Positions 26,330-39,849 of a stretch of 64,000 nucleotides of DNA are shown piece after piece; the stretch's first letter is position 1; every line of letters begins with the position of its first letter. A model generated the notes under the pieces. That model had not been told where the DNA came from. It was given only the letters and a program-made list of their open reading frames with translations, and did no database searches. Origin of the DNA: Eledone cirrhosa (taxonomy: Eukaryota); NCBI GenBank assembly GCA_964016885.1, contig OZ024740.1:125240001-125304000 (forward strand). Direction: 5' to 3'. The translations under genes and the position numbers were made by a program.

Positions 26330-28120
26330 ATGTCAAATTGTAAGAGAAGAAAAGTAAATGAAGAAAACAGAACATTTAATGTACAGTGGGAGTTAGATTT
26401 TTTCTTTACTTCTGTGAAAGATAAAATTGTGTGTTTGTTGTGCAATACAGTTTTAACTACTTTGAAAAAAGCGAATACAAATAAACACTATTTGACTCAT
26501 AAAGAACATAAATATTTCAATTTAGAAGATGAATCTCGACAAGCTGCACTTCAAAAATTGAAAAATGAAAAGCATCATCAACAGACGTCTTTTAGTGCTT
26601 TTGTGAAGAATAATTCCACTGCAGTTGATGTTTACAAAATAGCACATATACTTGGAAAAAGAGGCAAACCATTTAGTGACGTCGAAATAATTAAAGAATG
26701 TATTGTTGAAGCAGTGGGTATGTTAGATCCAGAAAAAGTTGATAAATACAAACAATTGCCTCTTTCAAGAACTATAACAGATCGCCAGCACGAATTAGGT
26801 CAAAATGTAACAGAGCAACTTCGTACAATTATACAAAATGAAGATGTTTATTTTTCAATTGCTTTGGATGAAAGAACTGATAAAACTGACTTGGCGCAAG
26901 TTTTATATTTTATTCGTGCTGTAACTAAAGATTTTCAGTGTTACGAAGAACTTCTTGCGCTGGGTACACTAACTGGAAGAACTCGCGGAGTTGACAATTT
27001 CGAAAACTTCAGAGAGGTATGTCATCGATTACAATTAAATGTCAATAATTTAGTCAGTGTCTGCACAGATGGCGCACCCTCTATGAAAGGTAAAAAAAGA
27101 AGGATTCGTTCCTTTATTAAAAAAGAAAAACTTAAACTTGAAATAATTGATATCATTTCACTGAATTTTGTATCAGCAAAATCCACCATTTTGCAAGACG
27201 CTCTGGATAGAGCAATTGCAATTGTCAACCATATTCGCGTTAATGCAATGAGTCATCGTGAATTTAGGCAGATGCTAACTTTAGACGAGGAAACGTACAG
27301 TGTTGATCTACCGTACTGCTCCAAGGTTAGCTGGCTATCAACAGGACAGGTTTTGATAAAAGTGTAAACTTTACGACGACAAATTTTAAACTTTTATCAA
27401 GAAGAAGGAAAACTTTGTGATCTATCAGATGAAGCATTTTGCAGAAACATTGCATTTTTGTCTGATATCAGGACAAAACAAAACAAATTAAATATTTGCC
27501 TGCAAGGTAAAACGAAGCATATATATGAAATGTGGCAAAAGATCCAAGCGTTTCGAAAAAAATTAACATTTTTCAAAACATTACTCTCTCGCTCGGATAT
27601 ATCTGCAGAACACTTCCCGGAGCTAGCAAAAATGTTGAATGAGCAGAAATGGGAAAATAAAATATTCGATGAATATGTAGGTGTCTTGGATTCTTTAATA
27701 GAAGAATATACTGAAAGATTTTCAGATTTTGACGAACACACACCTGCTATGAAACTGGTATTTGAACCACATTTAGTAGATATATCCAAGGCTTCTACGG
27801 AACTACAAGTTGAGTTATTTGAGTTGAGGGAAGATAGTATCCTCAAATCCCTTTTTGACGCTAAAAAGGATCCCATAGAAATCTGGTCAAATGCTGTTGA
27901 ATATCCACGCCTACGAGAGCATGCACGCCGTTTACTTTCCTGCTTTGGAAGTAGTTACTGCTGCGAGTCAACATTTTCTCTCATGACAAAAATTAAAACT
28001 ACTTTAAGAACGCAAACCACAGATGCTCATTGAGAGGATCAATTAAGGCTGCGCGTTACAAAGCTTGATCCAAATATTCAATTACTTTCAAGCAAGAAAC
28101 AAATGTAAGTATCCCACTAA
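26330..28120 (+). pseudogene. hAT transposase, disrupted (BED finger, DDE core, dimerisation domain)
   Basis: CLLC..HYLTH zinc finger; IALDERTD, CTDGAPSMKG, FGSSYCCESTFS; C-terminal ..VSH*; internal stops at ~27365 and ~28031. Confidence 0.9.
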
Positions 28121-28764
28121 TTTGAATTTTCTATCGGATTTTAAAATTATTTTACGTATTGTTGCTATGTTAGTTTTTTTAACTTAATATTATTATTTTT
28201 CTATTGTATTTCTTTATAATTATGTGAATACAAAAATATTTTATATTGTAACTTTTTATGTTAAATAATAAAACTATACAAAAACTATAATAATTTCACA
28301 AAAGCCGCATTTATAGGTATATCAACTTATGCGGCCTCCTTTATTACTGCCTAATTTAAATGTGGCATCTAATAGTAAAAAGGTTCCCCACCTCTGGTAT
28401 AGACTACTCAATATTGGTAGATCTGATGCCATATCCTGTTATACAGATATCGTTATGGAAAAGAGTTGTTGGTGGTAAAGAAATAAAGTGATATAGCACA
28501 ATTGTTAAAGGATTGACTAATAGAGGCAGAACAAACGCTATCTACAGAAGCCACATAGTACAGTGAATAGAATAAAGTGCTATTGATAAAAAGGTAAAGA
28601 AGGAGGCAGTAGATGGAGATTGACCAGGAACATATCAGTGTAATTAGACATATGCAGTTTTGTTTAAATCTACTATTTTTGTATCATTATGAACACCATT
28701 TAATGTGCATTTGTTTTTAATTTCAGATTAGAAAGAATGTTTTATCAGCATTATTTTGATTTTA

Positions 28765-28981
28765 TGGCGGTGGATTGGCAGTATTTTAGTGGCAGTGGAT
28801 TGGCAGTATTTGTAGAGGGTCGGACGCCATGCTTTGACGCATAGAGTTACGGCCTTCCCATTCTGAGTTCAAATCACGCTGAGGTTAACTTTGCCTTTCA
28901 TCCTTACGGGGTCGATAAAATAAAGTACCAGTAATACACTGGGTAATTGCTGGCCTTGTGCCTAACGTAGAAACAATTATT
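28765..28981 (+). mobile_element. Full-length tRNA-derived SINE family A with duplicated 5' head
   Basis: GGCGGTGGATTGGCAGTA repeated twice, B-box GAGTTCAAATC, conserved body, ATTAT tail. Confidence 0.85.
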
Positions 28982-30044
28982 TTGATTTTAAATCCATATT
29001 TCAGTGTATCAGAAAGGTGTAACTCACCAATTAACTCACCAGAGAAGGGTTAGATGAGTTGCCCCATTGTGAGACAAGTTTGATCAGATGACCATCTTTT
29101 GCTCATGCAGAACTATCTCCATCTTGGTTTCTATGGCTGGAGGCCCTTCCTAATGCCAACCACATTTACAGCTTGGACTGGGTTTTTTATTGTGGCACCA
29201 AAATGACCAGTTTACAAGGTGGACTGGGCATTTTAGTCATATCACATACATGCCCACTTTGCTGGGTGGGCTTTCACCAGCATGAGCATCTTACATGGTG
29301 GTCTCGGAACTTTTGTTGTCTCACCAGCATAACCATCTTACAGAGTTGACTGGGTGTTTTTAACCATTTCAGCAGCATTTTGGAGGAGCATGTCCAGCTT
29401 TCCGTGCTTGTATGCATGTGTTGGACAAGAGAGGTGTATCAAATGTGGATGGTTGGGGGGAGGGGGTGCATGTATGCAGGATGTGGATTGGGGAAGTAGG
29501 ACTAAAGTGACATATAGTTCTGCAATTATTGTATATCTCAGCTGCTTAATGTACAACTTATTTCTGAACTGAATAGCTTCTAGCACAAACATTTATATTG
29601 CAAAAGAAATTTCCTGATTTGATGGGCTTATAAAACTATTATGTTCCTGTCTGCTGACATGTGTGCATCATCTCTGAAGACGACACCGCAGAGTGGAAAT
29701 CAACTCAGATCATTTACTCTTTTATGGTCCACAAATATGTCTATATATGTCAATGTTATTTTTTTATTTACACATCTTTGAATAAATGTTATACTGTATC
29801 TGTACTTATATATATATATATGTTTGTACAAATACACACATTTGTATAGATACATAATTTATTACAGATATAAAGCTATACTAGTGCGTCGCAGAGCAAG
29901 AGTTTCATGCTTAATGTAATTTTCAAACTTGTATAAATTCACAATGATAATCATTATTTGAGTTTTTGTTTCTCCTATTTTCACAAACTTGAGCATGTGT
30001 ATATAATATATTTATCTATCGATCTTTTATCTTATCTCTCTCTC

Positions 30045-30090
<46 letters not shown>

Positions 30091-30094
<4 letters not shown>

Positions 30095-30225
30095 AATGAA
30101 TAATAACAGGTAGACATCATAAAAAGGTAATTTGTTCTGTGTGCTTACAAATGTTTCCACGGTGGTTGTAAGCACACAGAATAAATTACCTTTTTATGAT
30201 GTCTACCTGTTATTATTCATTCTTT
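30091..30225. repeat. Inverted repeat, ~60-bp arms (one mismatch), 15-nt spacer, next to (TA)n
   Basis: 30091-30150 versus 30166-30225. Confidence 0.9.
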
Positions 30226-30764
30226 ATCTACACTCCCGAATACAGAAGGATCAGGAACTGAGTTTCTTCAACTATTCTTCCATAACTCGTTGAGTAACCT
30301 CTCACTGTACGTCAACTCTATCCCGTGTAGTAATTAACCATTACTGCATCCAGGATAATCCTATACCTAATATATCATCATTCATCATTTTACGTCCGCC
30401 TTTCCCTGCTTGCAAGGGTGGGACGGGAACTGATTCTGGCTTTATTTCTACAGCTGGATGCCCTTCCTAACACCAACCTCATTTACAGTGAGTGCTGGGT
30501 GCTTTTTTCCGTGGCACTTCCACGACCACTTTGCAGTGGAATGATAGGGACCCCAGTCCCTATCATCTCATTTCTACAGCTGAGTAAACTGGAGCAATGT
30601 GAAATAAAGTGTCTTGCTCAAGGAAACAACACATCACCCGGTTTGAGAATTGAACTCACAACCTTTCGATTGCAAAGCCAATGCTCTAACCACTAAGCCA
30701 TGTGCCTCCATATATATATATATATATAAAGAAGTATAGTTAATATGAAGCATTGTGCGATATA

Positions 30765-31035
30765 TAATAAATGACTGATACCTGAGAAGAGTTTCAGAAC
30801 CCCTGTACAATGCAGTAGAAATATATAAGGGGCAAAGGGTGACAAATAAAACAAAACAAAGTAATGTTTTTACCCAGTATATTTCAACATAATATTTTAG
30901 GGTTATTACTCTCTTTAAGCAAAAATGATGCAAAACAAAATGAACAATCAATGTTTTATTGGTCATCCATTGCCCTTTATACATTTCTACTGCATTGTAC
31001 TGGCTTTCTGAAATATTTATCAGTCATTTATTACA
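30765..31035. repeat. Imperfect inverted repeat (~90-bp arms)
   Basis: TAATAAATGACTGATA..GTACAATGCAGTAGAAAT is mirrored by ATTTCTACTGCATTGTAC..TATCAGTCATTTATTA. Confidence 0.8.
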
Positions 31036-31065
31036 CTTATTACACACACAACACACACACACACA

Positions 31066-33908
31066 CATCATCATCATCAACGTTTAACGTCCATGTTCCA
31101 CGCTTGCATGGGTTTGGACGGGGGTTTTCCCACTTGAGGCAAGAGTGATTGTCTTGCTCGCATAGGACTGTCTGCCAGGTTTTCTACAGTTGGATGCCCT
31201 TCCTAACACCAACCACATTTACAGTGTGGGTCTGGGAGGTTTTTACCGTGTTGCCTACACGGCCACATTACAGCGTGGACTGTGTGTTTTTTTGTCGTGA
31301 CACCTACACGATCTCATTTGTTTCGGCCTGGATGGTGTGGCACCAACATAACTTTACATAGAAGGGGGCGGTGTGGATGGGGTGGGGTGGTGGGACGGGG
31401 GTGTATTTTGTTAGAGATGCCTACTGACTGTAGTAGGTTTTACTATGTATTTAGGTAAGGCGGGTCTTCTCTATTACTGAGTACCGCCAAAGGTCTCGGT
31501 CCAGTGACATTGTCTTGGAGAGGTGTAAGTTTGTGAGGTCGGAGTTTATCAGCTCGTCCCAGGTTTTTCTGGGTCTGCCTATTCCGTGGCTACCGTCTAT
31601 CTTTATTGCCCTGCAATTTGTTATACAGCTATCGTCTTTTATGCGCATCACGTGTCCATACCAACGTAGCCTTCTCTCGAGTAAACAACATCTGATCCCT
31701 CTTATTTCTAATTTTTTCCTTAGTTCGTTTATGCTTTGCCGTTCACGTATATTACTATTACACATCCAGCGGAGCATGCAAGCTTCGTTCCTCTCTAGTC
31801 TGCGTATATCCTCTGCACACAATGCCCAGGTCTCACTGCCATGCAACATTGCTGTTCGTATGTAGGCATCATACAACCTGCCTTTCATTTTTAGGGAGAA
31901 CCCTTTAGCGGCTAATAGTGGTATAAGCTCTCTGAACTTTTTCCATCCAGTTCTGACTCTAGCTACTGTACTTTCAGAGCACCCTCCCCCACTGCTGATT
32001 TTGTCACCCAGGTAACGGAAGCTGTCCACTATTTCTATAGAGCCCTCTGCGCAGTTGAAAGAGCTAGTATTTTGTGGGCAATTGCTGCTACTTATTGCAC
32101 CAGAGCACCGGCCACATGTGAAATCTATGTTCTTAGTTAGCTTACCTTTGATCGCACTACATCTTTTATGCACCCATACTTTGCATTTCTGACACAAAAT
32201 GGAGTTTCTAACTACGCCTTTCCTACACACTGAACATGGCCACTTCCCGGAAGGGACCGCCGCCTTATTTTCTTTCCTACAAACTAGAACTTTAGTCTTA
32301 GCCGGGTTAATTTTAAGGCCTGTTGATTCTAGGCCGTGCTTCCATGTTTGGAATTTCTTCTCTAGCTCGGTCATTGATTCAGCTATGAGTGTTAGGTCGT
32401 CTGCGTATAGGAGTTCCCATGGGCAGCCGGTCTTGAACTCCTCTGTTATAGCCTGAAGGGCAATAATAAATAGTAGGGGGCTGAGAACAGAGCCCTGATG
32501 GACGCCAACTTTTACGCTAAACTCTTCACTATATTCGTTGTTAATTCTAACCTTGCTGACTGTTTCTTTATACATGGCTTGTATAGCTCTCACAAGCCAT
32601 TCGTCAACACCTAGTTTTCTAAGAGCCCACCAGATAATGTAACGGGGGACTCTGTCGAAGGCTTTCTCCAAGTCGACAAAAGCTAAGTATAGGGGTTTAC
32701 TTTTAGCTAGGTACTGCTCCTGTAGTTGTCGTACAATGAAAAGAGCGTCTGTGGTACTTTTGCCTGACACAAACCCGAACTGCATTTCATCGAGGTCAAT
32801 TCTCTCTCTGATTAGTTGCGCTATTACTTTTTCCGTGACCTTCATGACCTGGTCGATTAATTTAATGCCTCTATAGTTACTCCTATCTAGGGCATCTCCT
32901 TTACCCTTATAACAGTTAACGATGATGCTGCTACGCCAGTCCTTCGGAACAACCCCGTTCTGTACGACTTGGTTAACTATCCGGGTGACCATGGTGTGTC
33001 CCACCGTGCCAGATGCCTTCAGCATCTCAGCAACTATTTCCGAAGGCCCAGCTGCCTTACCCGTCTTCATATCCTTGATTGCCTTACTTATTATACTACC
33101 CTCGACTAACACTGCTGGTCCCTCTATTGGGTCGATGTGGGGGAGACTGTCTTTCTCCCATTTATTCTCCTCATTTAGTAGCCTTTCATAGTGACACTTC
33201 CAAGCTACCTTCTTATCAGCGTCGGTGATGGCAAGTACGCCGTCATCATTAAGTACACACTTCTCCCCGACAATATCACGGTTTTCATTGACACATTGCC
33301 TAGCAATCCTGAACACCTCACGTTTTTGGTCCTCGCGTTGTAGAACATGCTTGAACTTTCTTTCCTCTTCTTCCCTTCTTGCGAAGTACACTTGTCTCCT
33401 AGCTTCCCTCCTGGCCACTTGATAGTCTTCTCTACTTCCCCCATCCTGCCATACTTTCCAAGCCTGCTTTTTGGCCTTAATTGACCCCTCCACCTTACTG
33501 TTCCACCACCATGTTACTCTCCTCCTGCCTACAGGCATGCTCCAGCCACAGACTTCATCTGCCGCCATCAGCAGGTTTGCTTTCAGGAATTCCCACTGCT
33601 CCTCTATATTGTACGACTCTAATTGCTCTTCCTTACTGTCGAAAGCATCAAGTAGTATGCTTTTAAATTTATTTCTGGCTGTGGGGTCCTTTAACTTCCA
33701 TATTTTTCTCCTGAGGATAGTCCTCTTCTGTTGTCTTGTACGTCTCGTCCTGACTATTAGGTCGCTAATTATCAGTCTATGTTGGGAGGTGCATTCTTCA
33801 TGGGGGAGGGATTTAGTGTTTACAACAGACACTCTGTCGCGTCTTCTGGTAAGGATATAATCTACCTGGCTTGTGTGTTCCCCGGATCTATAGGTGATCA
33901 GGTGATAC
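31066..33908 (-). mobile_element. Young RTE-clade LINE, 5'-truncated within the AP-endonuclease domain
   Basis: Open ORF, 3' UTR and (GAT)n tail at 31066; 5' junction at (TA)n. Confidence 0.95.
31451..33908 (-). CDS. LINE ORF2 remnant: endonuclease C-terminus, reverse transcriptase, PHD-type zinc finger (first ~20 aa of the ORF-track call are microsatellite)
   Basis: QVDYIL..SQH; YRGIKL, QFGF, DLEKAFD, GVHQGSVLSP, LLYADD; CSVC..CQKC..HKRC..CGRC; RLRWYGHV; no stop over ~820 codons. Confidence 0.9.
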
Positions 33909-35150
33909 ATATATATATATACCCACACACAAACATAAATAATACATATATTACCTTCCATCATCCCCATTTATCAGCTATTTTTCATGTTTGTATACAT
34001 GTATTTATGCACACATGATGTATTGATCAAACCAAAGATATAGAAATAAACATTTATTTTAGATTTCATGTAGTGAGATTAAACCCATAACCATATGATT
34101 GTCAAGTAAAATTAACCACACAGCAATGCTTGTGCTTTAATAATTTAGAAAAAAAAGCATGAATTGGTTTGAAGTTAAACACTAGGCAAGTAAAGTCCCA
34201 AGCAGTAATTTTCTTATTAGTAATTATTTCATTTGAAGTTGCAAATGCTCTTGAGAAAAATTAAAATGACAAAAAGCTTTTTTTGATAATTAATTTTATC
34301 ATACTGTGAGGAAAAATGATTCTAGTTTTTTATCCTCCTTTTAAAAGAAACAAATATATTCTGTCTACATAAGCTTGTTTTTTCTTCTGAAAGTTTGTCA
34401 TTACAACAAATGTTACAATTCTTTTATCACTAACATTTTGGCGCATTATTTCACTAAGTTTACGAAAGTAGTTCACTGTAATCCTCTCCTAAATTTTTTA
34501 CATTTCAAGAAAAGTGTTATATGTATTAAAACTATTCGGAAATCCATGACACTGTTTACAATTTAAAGATATGTATGCTTAAGGAATGCTTTTGTGAAGT
34601 AAAATATTTAACACTCCTTTACCAGATAAATTAGATTATACAGAGATATTATTCACTGATCAGGTTATTTACATCATCATCATCATCATCCTCGTTTAAC
34701 ATCCACTTTCCCTGCTAGCATGGGTTATGTTTCAAATATATTCATGCTATGGGTGCAGATATGATGTATTGTAAAGCAGTCTACCTCAATATGTCCATGA
34801 TTCCATTTGTGCAAGCAACCTCTACTACAGCCTTGAGTTAGCTAATGACTTATCAGTGAAATTAAGTAGACAAGTTATGCACAAGCCTGTTTGATATATG
34901 TATATATCTTCATAATCATTCAATGTCCATTTTCCCTGCTAGCAAAGGTATCAAGGATATGACAGCCTCCTTAATACTGATGCCACTGTAAACTCTGTAA
35001 TGTGGTTAAATTAGATAGGATATCTAGTCATAGAAACAATGCCAAAATTGGAATATATTCAACAAGGCATAATTCCCCGAATTGTGTAGGTAGAATGTAT
35101 CTCAGATTAAGTACAAGCTTAGTCTGTGTAAAATTGATAAAATACCTTAC

Positions 35151-35572
35151 AACGTCAATACAATAAGTACTGGCAAAAGATAGGGTTCAATATAATCATC
35201 CAGTAAAATACTGTTTTTATCTCTAAGATTAATAATTCTAAAGTAATAAACATTATTTGGGAAAATAATCTCAACTTTTGTAAAATCTATCAATATTATA
35301 TTTTCATTGGTGTAATCATGATAAGCTTCAGGTATGGCCAACACTATACATATACATATATTTGAGCTAACATTACGGTCAATTGATTGGTAGATTTAAT
35401 CCACCACTCAGCTGAACACCTCCACCTGGCCCTTGGGTACCCATTTTGCTCTAAATAGCCAGGTATCAAGTTTCAGAAAAACATCTTCCTTCCCCCACTC
35501 AGTATCAGAGGTTCAGAAAAATGCAATGTGTGCTATTCTTTCTTCTCCAACTAAACCATTCACAAAATGAGG
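35151..35572 (-). pseudogene. Large exon of degenerate host gene (3 in-frame stops, no frameshift)
   Basis: TGTTTTCAG acceptor, GTAAGG donor; 140 codons in one frame: PHFVNGLVGEERIAHIAFF*TSDTEWG..VEVFS*VVD*IYQS..PYLLPVLIVLT. Confidence 0.6.
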
Positions 35573-38500
35573 CTGAAAACAGACTATCATAAATGAAAAG
35601 AGAGAAAAGAATTATGGAATTATTCCACTGAAACTGATGCAAGATCATGGCAGCAATAATTTACAATAATGTGAGAAAGAGCGCCAAGAACAATCACACA
35701 CATTGTTAATGAATGAAAGAGATTAAACTTACTTTGTAGAGCAAATGGGTTTTATTTGTTTAATTATTAACTTGTGTAACAAGTATGTAGGTTATCTGTT
35801 TTCTTTATACTAAAACTTTATAAAACAACAATTCTTTAAAATAATGATGCTATGAGTGAAAATAAAAAATCAATGGCTGATGATGTGATATTATATATAA
35901 ATTTATATATATATATATAGGGCGGTGCCCCAGCATGGCCTCAGCCAGATGGCTGGAACAGGTAAAAGAATAAAAGAATAAAAGAATAAAAGAATATAAA
36001 TCAATATGAACATTTTGATATAGTACTAATTTCTCAAATAGTAAATACATATCCAGTGATTTGTGACAAATGGCCAAGAAGTACAAAATAGAAGCAACTA
36101 AAATCAGAAAATCAAAACTGAAATATAGAAAATTATACATAGAGATTTGTTATGGTTTCCATCTAAATTCATTTATTTGCCTTTAGGCTTACTTACTAAA
36201 CAATTTCCTACAATTACAAATTATGTTCCTATTTTAAACAGTGACAACTGTGCCAAGAAGATGAAGAGAAAACAAGAAGATGGGGTCTATTAAAAATGAA
36301 AGCTAAAGTATTTGAACTATTGCTTTGGATAATGTTTAATACGCATTTGATTAAAGTAACCAACATTTGCAGATAGTAGATGAGTGTGATTTGGTTTCAA
36401 GGCAGAAAACCTGCAATTATTTTACTTCCTGAAAACTTAGAAATGTATATATTTAAAAGTTATTTGATATATTTAAAACAAAGCTTTTTATTTCAACTAA
36501 TTGAACTTGAACTAAAAGTCACTTGCATATTGGTAAGCAGCTAAGATATTTAGCATATGTGGTACATTGATAAACAATAGTTAGCTTGTGCATGCTAGGA
36601 ATTATGACCATACATTAGTGTTATATTTTCTTGAAACTAAATAGAATTTGATGGCCTTATTATCATCTCTATCCAATTTTAATAACACCAAAACACTTCA
36701 GGATTGAGTACTATTTATTTAACAAACATTAGTATGAATTTAAAAATGCTAAACTTTATGGGTAGTCTACTTTTGTACAGTAGAGGTGAATAATATATAT
36801 TTCTAGAATCTAAAAAAAAAAGAAATCAAACAAATCTTGCTCCATCTAATTATAAAAAAACCTTCAACAATATTTGGAAGGAAATGTAGATTTTGTGGAT
36901 TCCACACAATGAACGTAAATGTGAATAGGCCATAGGAATAAATACTAAAATTCTCAGACAACTTTAGACATCATTCAAACACTGAATATTCATACGATTA
37001 ATATTTCATGCTTCTATTGAAATTAATGTCTAAGTCTCAGAAATTGAGTCAAATGAGAACTTCAATCTTAGAAGATTAAGTTAGATGCCACTTCACTCTT
37101 GAAATTTACTCAGAACTAACTAGATAGAATATCCTTGCAATTAAAGGAAAACCACATTTCATTTAATTGCAAATTAGTAGTCATGACAATAGTGTACAGG
37201 TGTTTGGTGATCACGGGGCCAATTTCTTCATTGTATGCCTCTAAAACTCAAGTATAGGGCCTAGTACTAAGATATATGAACAAAGGAGAATACATTTTAT
37301 ATACATTAAACATGAAATAAATACTTCATTCAAATTAATATAAAATCAACCAGAATTATTTAGTCTCGTTCCCAGAATGATAGTTTATGTCAGAAAACGC
37401 TTCTTTCACATCTCTTGGGATATGAAAACACTCAGTTCTGTTTATAATTTCAATTTTAAAAAGGATCTTTCACAACATGCGATTGAAAATGCACTTCCTA
37501 TCCCAATATTGGCCCAGGCTCATCTCCCCCTCTCTGCATGCTACAGAGTGAAGAGACAGCATGTTCGGAGACAATAAGCTGCAAAGTAGTTAACCATTTT
37601 GGAAAGTATTATCTTTGAAAAAGATACTGTTATATGGTAGAGAGGATACTATAAAAAGCATCCAGATCATACTATAAAAGAAGTCATTGGCGATAAGAAG
37701 GGCATCCACTTCTAAAAAAAATATACCAAAATTATACAGACACATAATTAAAGATTGGATGTGTTTTCTATTGATATGTTTGTCAGATGAGAAATGTTTG
37801 ACATGTTGTGAGACTTGTTTGACCCATGGTGGTATGGAGAAAATACAGATGATGAATGATAATGAGATTAAAGCATGCCTTTTTCTTTCTTAAAATGCTC
37901 CAAGTTACTCATATTGACTACCTTCATGTTCTACAGATCACACAGTCACAAATTCTGCATCTTCAACAACACAAACAATGCAAATATCAAATAACAATGA
38001 TATGGGATTGTGTGTGTGAGAGAAAAACTCTTGTATTTGAAATATTTTGTATTTCAGCATTTATTCATATTTCCTTTCAGCTGTTCACAACTCATGATTA
38101 CTTTAAAATACCAACTGCAAAGCATTTAGAAATTAAAAATTTCCTTTTGTATTTTGTGTGGATGTGTACATATTCATAAACATGCATAACATATACTCAC
38201 ACACTTTACACCGTCTATGTTTTTCTTTCCACTTCCTGTCAAAGAAAAAACCCCGAACAAATATTTTCATATGCGTTAAAATTTCCCAAAAGTTCAATAT
38301 TACTTTCCTTCCTTTTTCTAATACTTGTATTTGCTGTTTTTTTAGTTAAACTATCTTTTGTTAACTCACAACACTATATTAAACATTTTTGAAAATTCTG
38401 TTTCATCTAGTTCAGTTTTAGTAAATATATTTCCTGCAAAACAATTTAAATATCTTCTATTTGCTACTGTCTTTTTAGTTTACCCAAATTGTTTTTACAT

Positions 38501-39379
38501 CATTGAATTTTTATTTTTTATCTAAATATTTGCCCTTTCCTCAGGAAAGACACTTTTGAATGTATCTATTTTATTTTATATAAGTATGAGATATATTTTC
38601 ATTGTATGACTCTTATGCATTTTCTAACAAAAGAACAAAGAAGATTCTCAAAATGCTATGATTTATCTACTTTTTATTACAAGCAAAATTTAAAACTGGT
38701 TGGTGACATATGCAGTAAAATAAAATGTCTCAAAATGCATCCACATAAAATATCCAGTTTTAAAACATTATATATAATGACAGATCCTCCATCAGTTTCA
38801 ACGATGAGTATTCAGTCATTCAGTCTACTAAATATTTGACTTTTGAATTAACGTGTTACTAATTGAGTATTCCTCAGGTATGTACCTCCTTATAACACAC
38901 CAAGGCAACACACGTAGCAAAATGTGTGACAAGGCTAAAATTTTGAATTACTGGTACAAGCAATCTGACGGGTTTCTGCACAGTTTCTGCCTACCTAATT
39001 TTACTCACAAGGATTATAGAGTTGATCAGAAGCTATGGCCAAGTCACTAGCCTAAGATGCCACTCAATGGAATAAAACCACAATCTCATGATTGTGAAAC
39101 AAACTTCTTACCATTCTAACCATGCCTGTGTCTACCAATGAGAAACTGAGTGCTTGTTAATCATTAGATAATATCTAATCATGGTAAGGAAGGCACACAA
39201 GAAACATATAGTGATAAAAAGAGATACAAAAAATTCACAGGAAAATTGAGAGTAGGGCATTATTTCAAACATGACCAAAATATTGCCACTCAGTAATCAA
39301 AGTAGGATCAACTCTGATGATAGTAATGTGATAAATGTGATGATGTCAGTGACTGATACTAAGTTCAGGATAAGAGTAG

Positions 39380-39660
39380 TCATCATCATCTTTGCCCAGT
39401 TATTCCTGAGACGTAGTGGGAACAGAGTCCTCAATCACTCCTTCCCGCAGATCCTATAAGTTACTTCAAATTGATCCAGCTGGATCCTCCAACCATCTTG
39501 TTCAGGGTCTACCTCTGGGTCTCCTGCCGGTTGGTTTTGCCTCAGATAATCTCACCAGTGACTCTTTCCTGAGACACTCTGATGACATCCTTGTAGTATC
39601 AGAGCTGTAATCTCACAATTCGAAGAAGTAGTCACTCTACCTGGAGTGACACTCTGCTCT
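39380..39660 (-). mobile_element. RTE-type 3' fragment (related copy ~47575-47800)
   Basis: AKPTGRRPRGRP motif and (GAT)n tail on the minus strand. Confidence 0.65.
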
Positions 39661-39849
39661 CTGAGTTAACCATCATCCTTATCATCATTAATATTTGATG
39701 TGCATTTTATCTCACTGACACAGATTGCACAGGTTTGGCAAAATCTCACCATCTGCCTTAGCACTTCATCATCAAGTGCACACACTCACATTCACACAGC
39801 AACTGAGAAAACCACCAATATCTGTTGCTGTATATGTCGGTTGAGCTAC

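Larger units (their letters stand above)
25449..28396 (+). mobile_element. Full-length hAT DNA transposon (Buster/Charlie/SPIN-like)
   Basis: Perfect 16-bp TIRs CAGAGGTGGGGAACCT / AGGTTCCCCACCTCTG; 8-bp TSD GTATAGAG / GTATAGAC with central TA. Confidence 0.95.

Noticed and set aside
26330-28033. Domesticated GTF2IRD2/EPM2AIP1-like host gene
   Set aside because: Intact TIRs, TSD and internal stops show a disabled transposon copy.
28765-28880. tRNA-like A/B boxes
   Set aside because: SINE heads continuing into a repeat body; no full cloverleaf.
31515-33860. Several plus-strand ORFs of 60-130 aa
   Set aside because: Antisense shadows of the RTE ORF.
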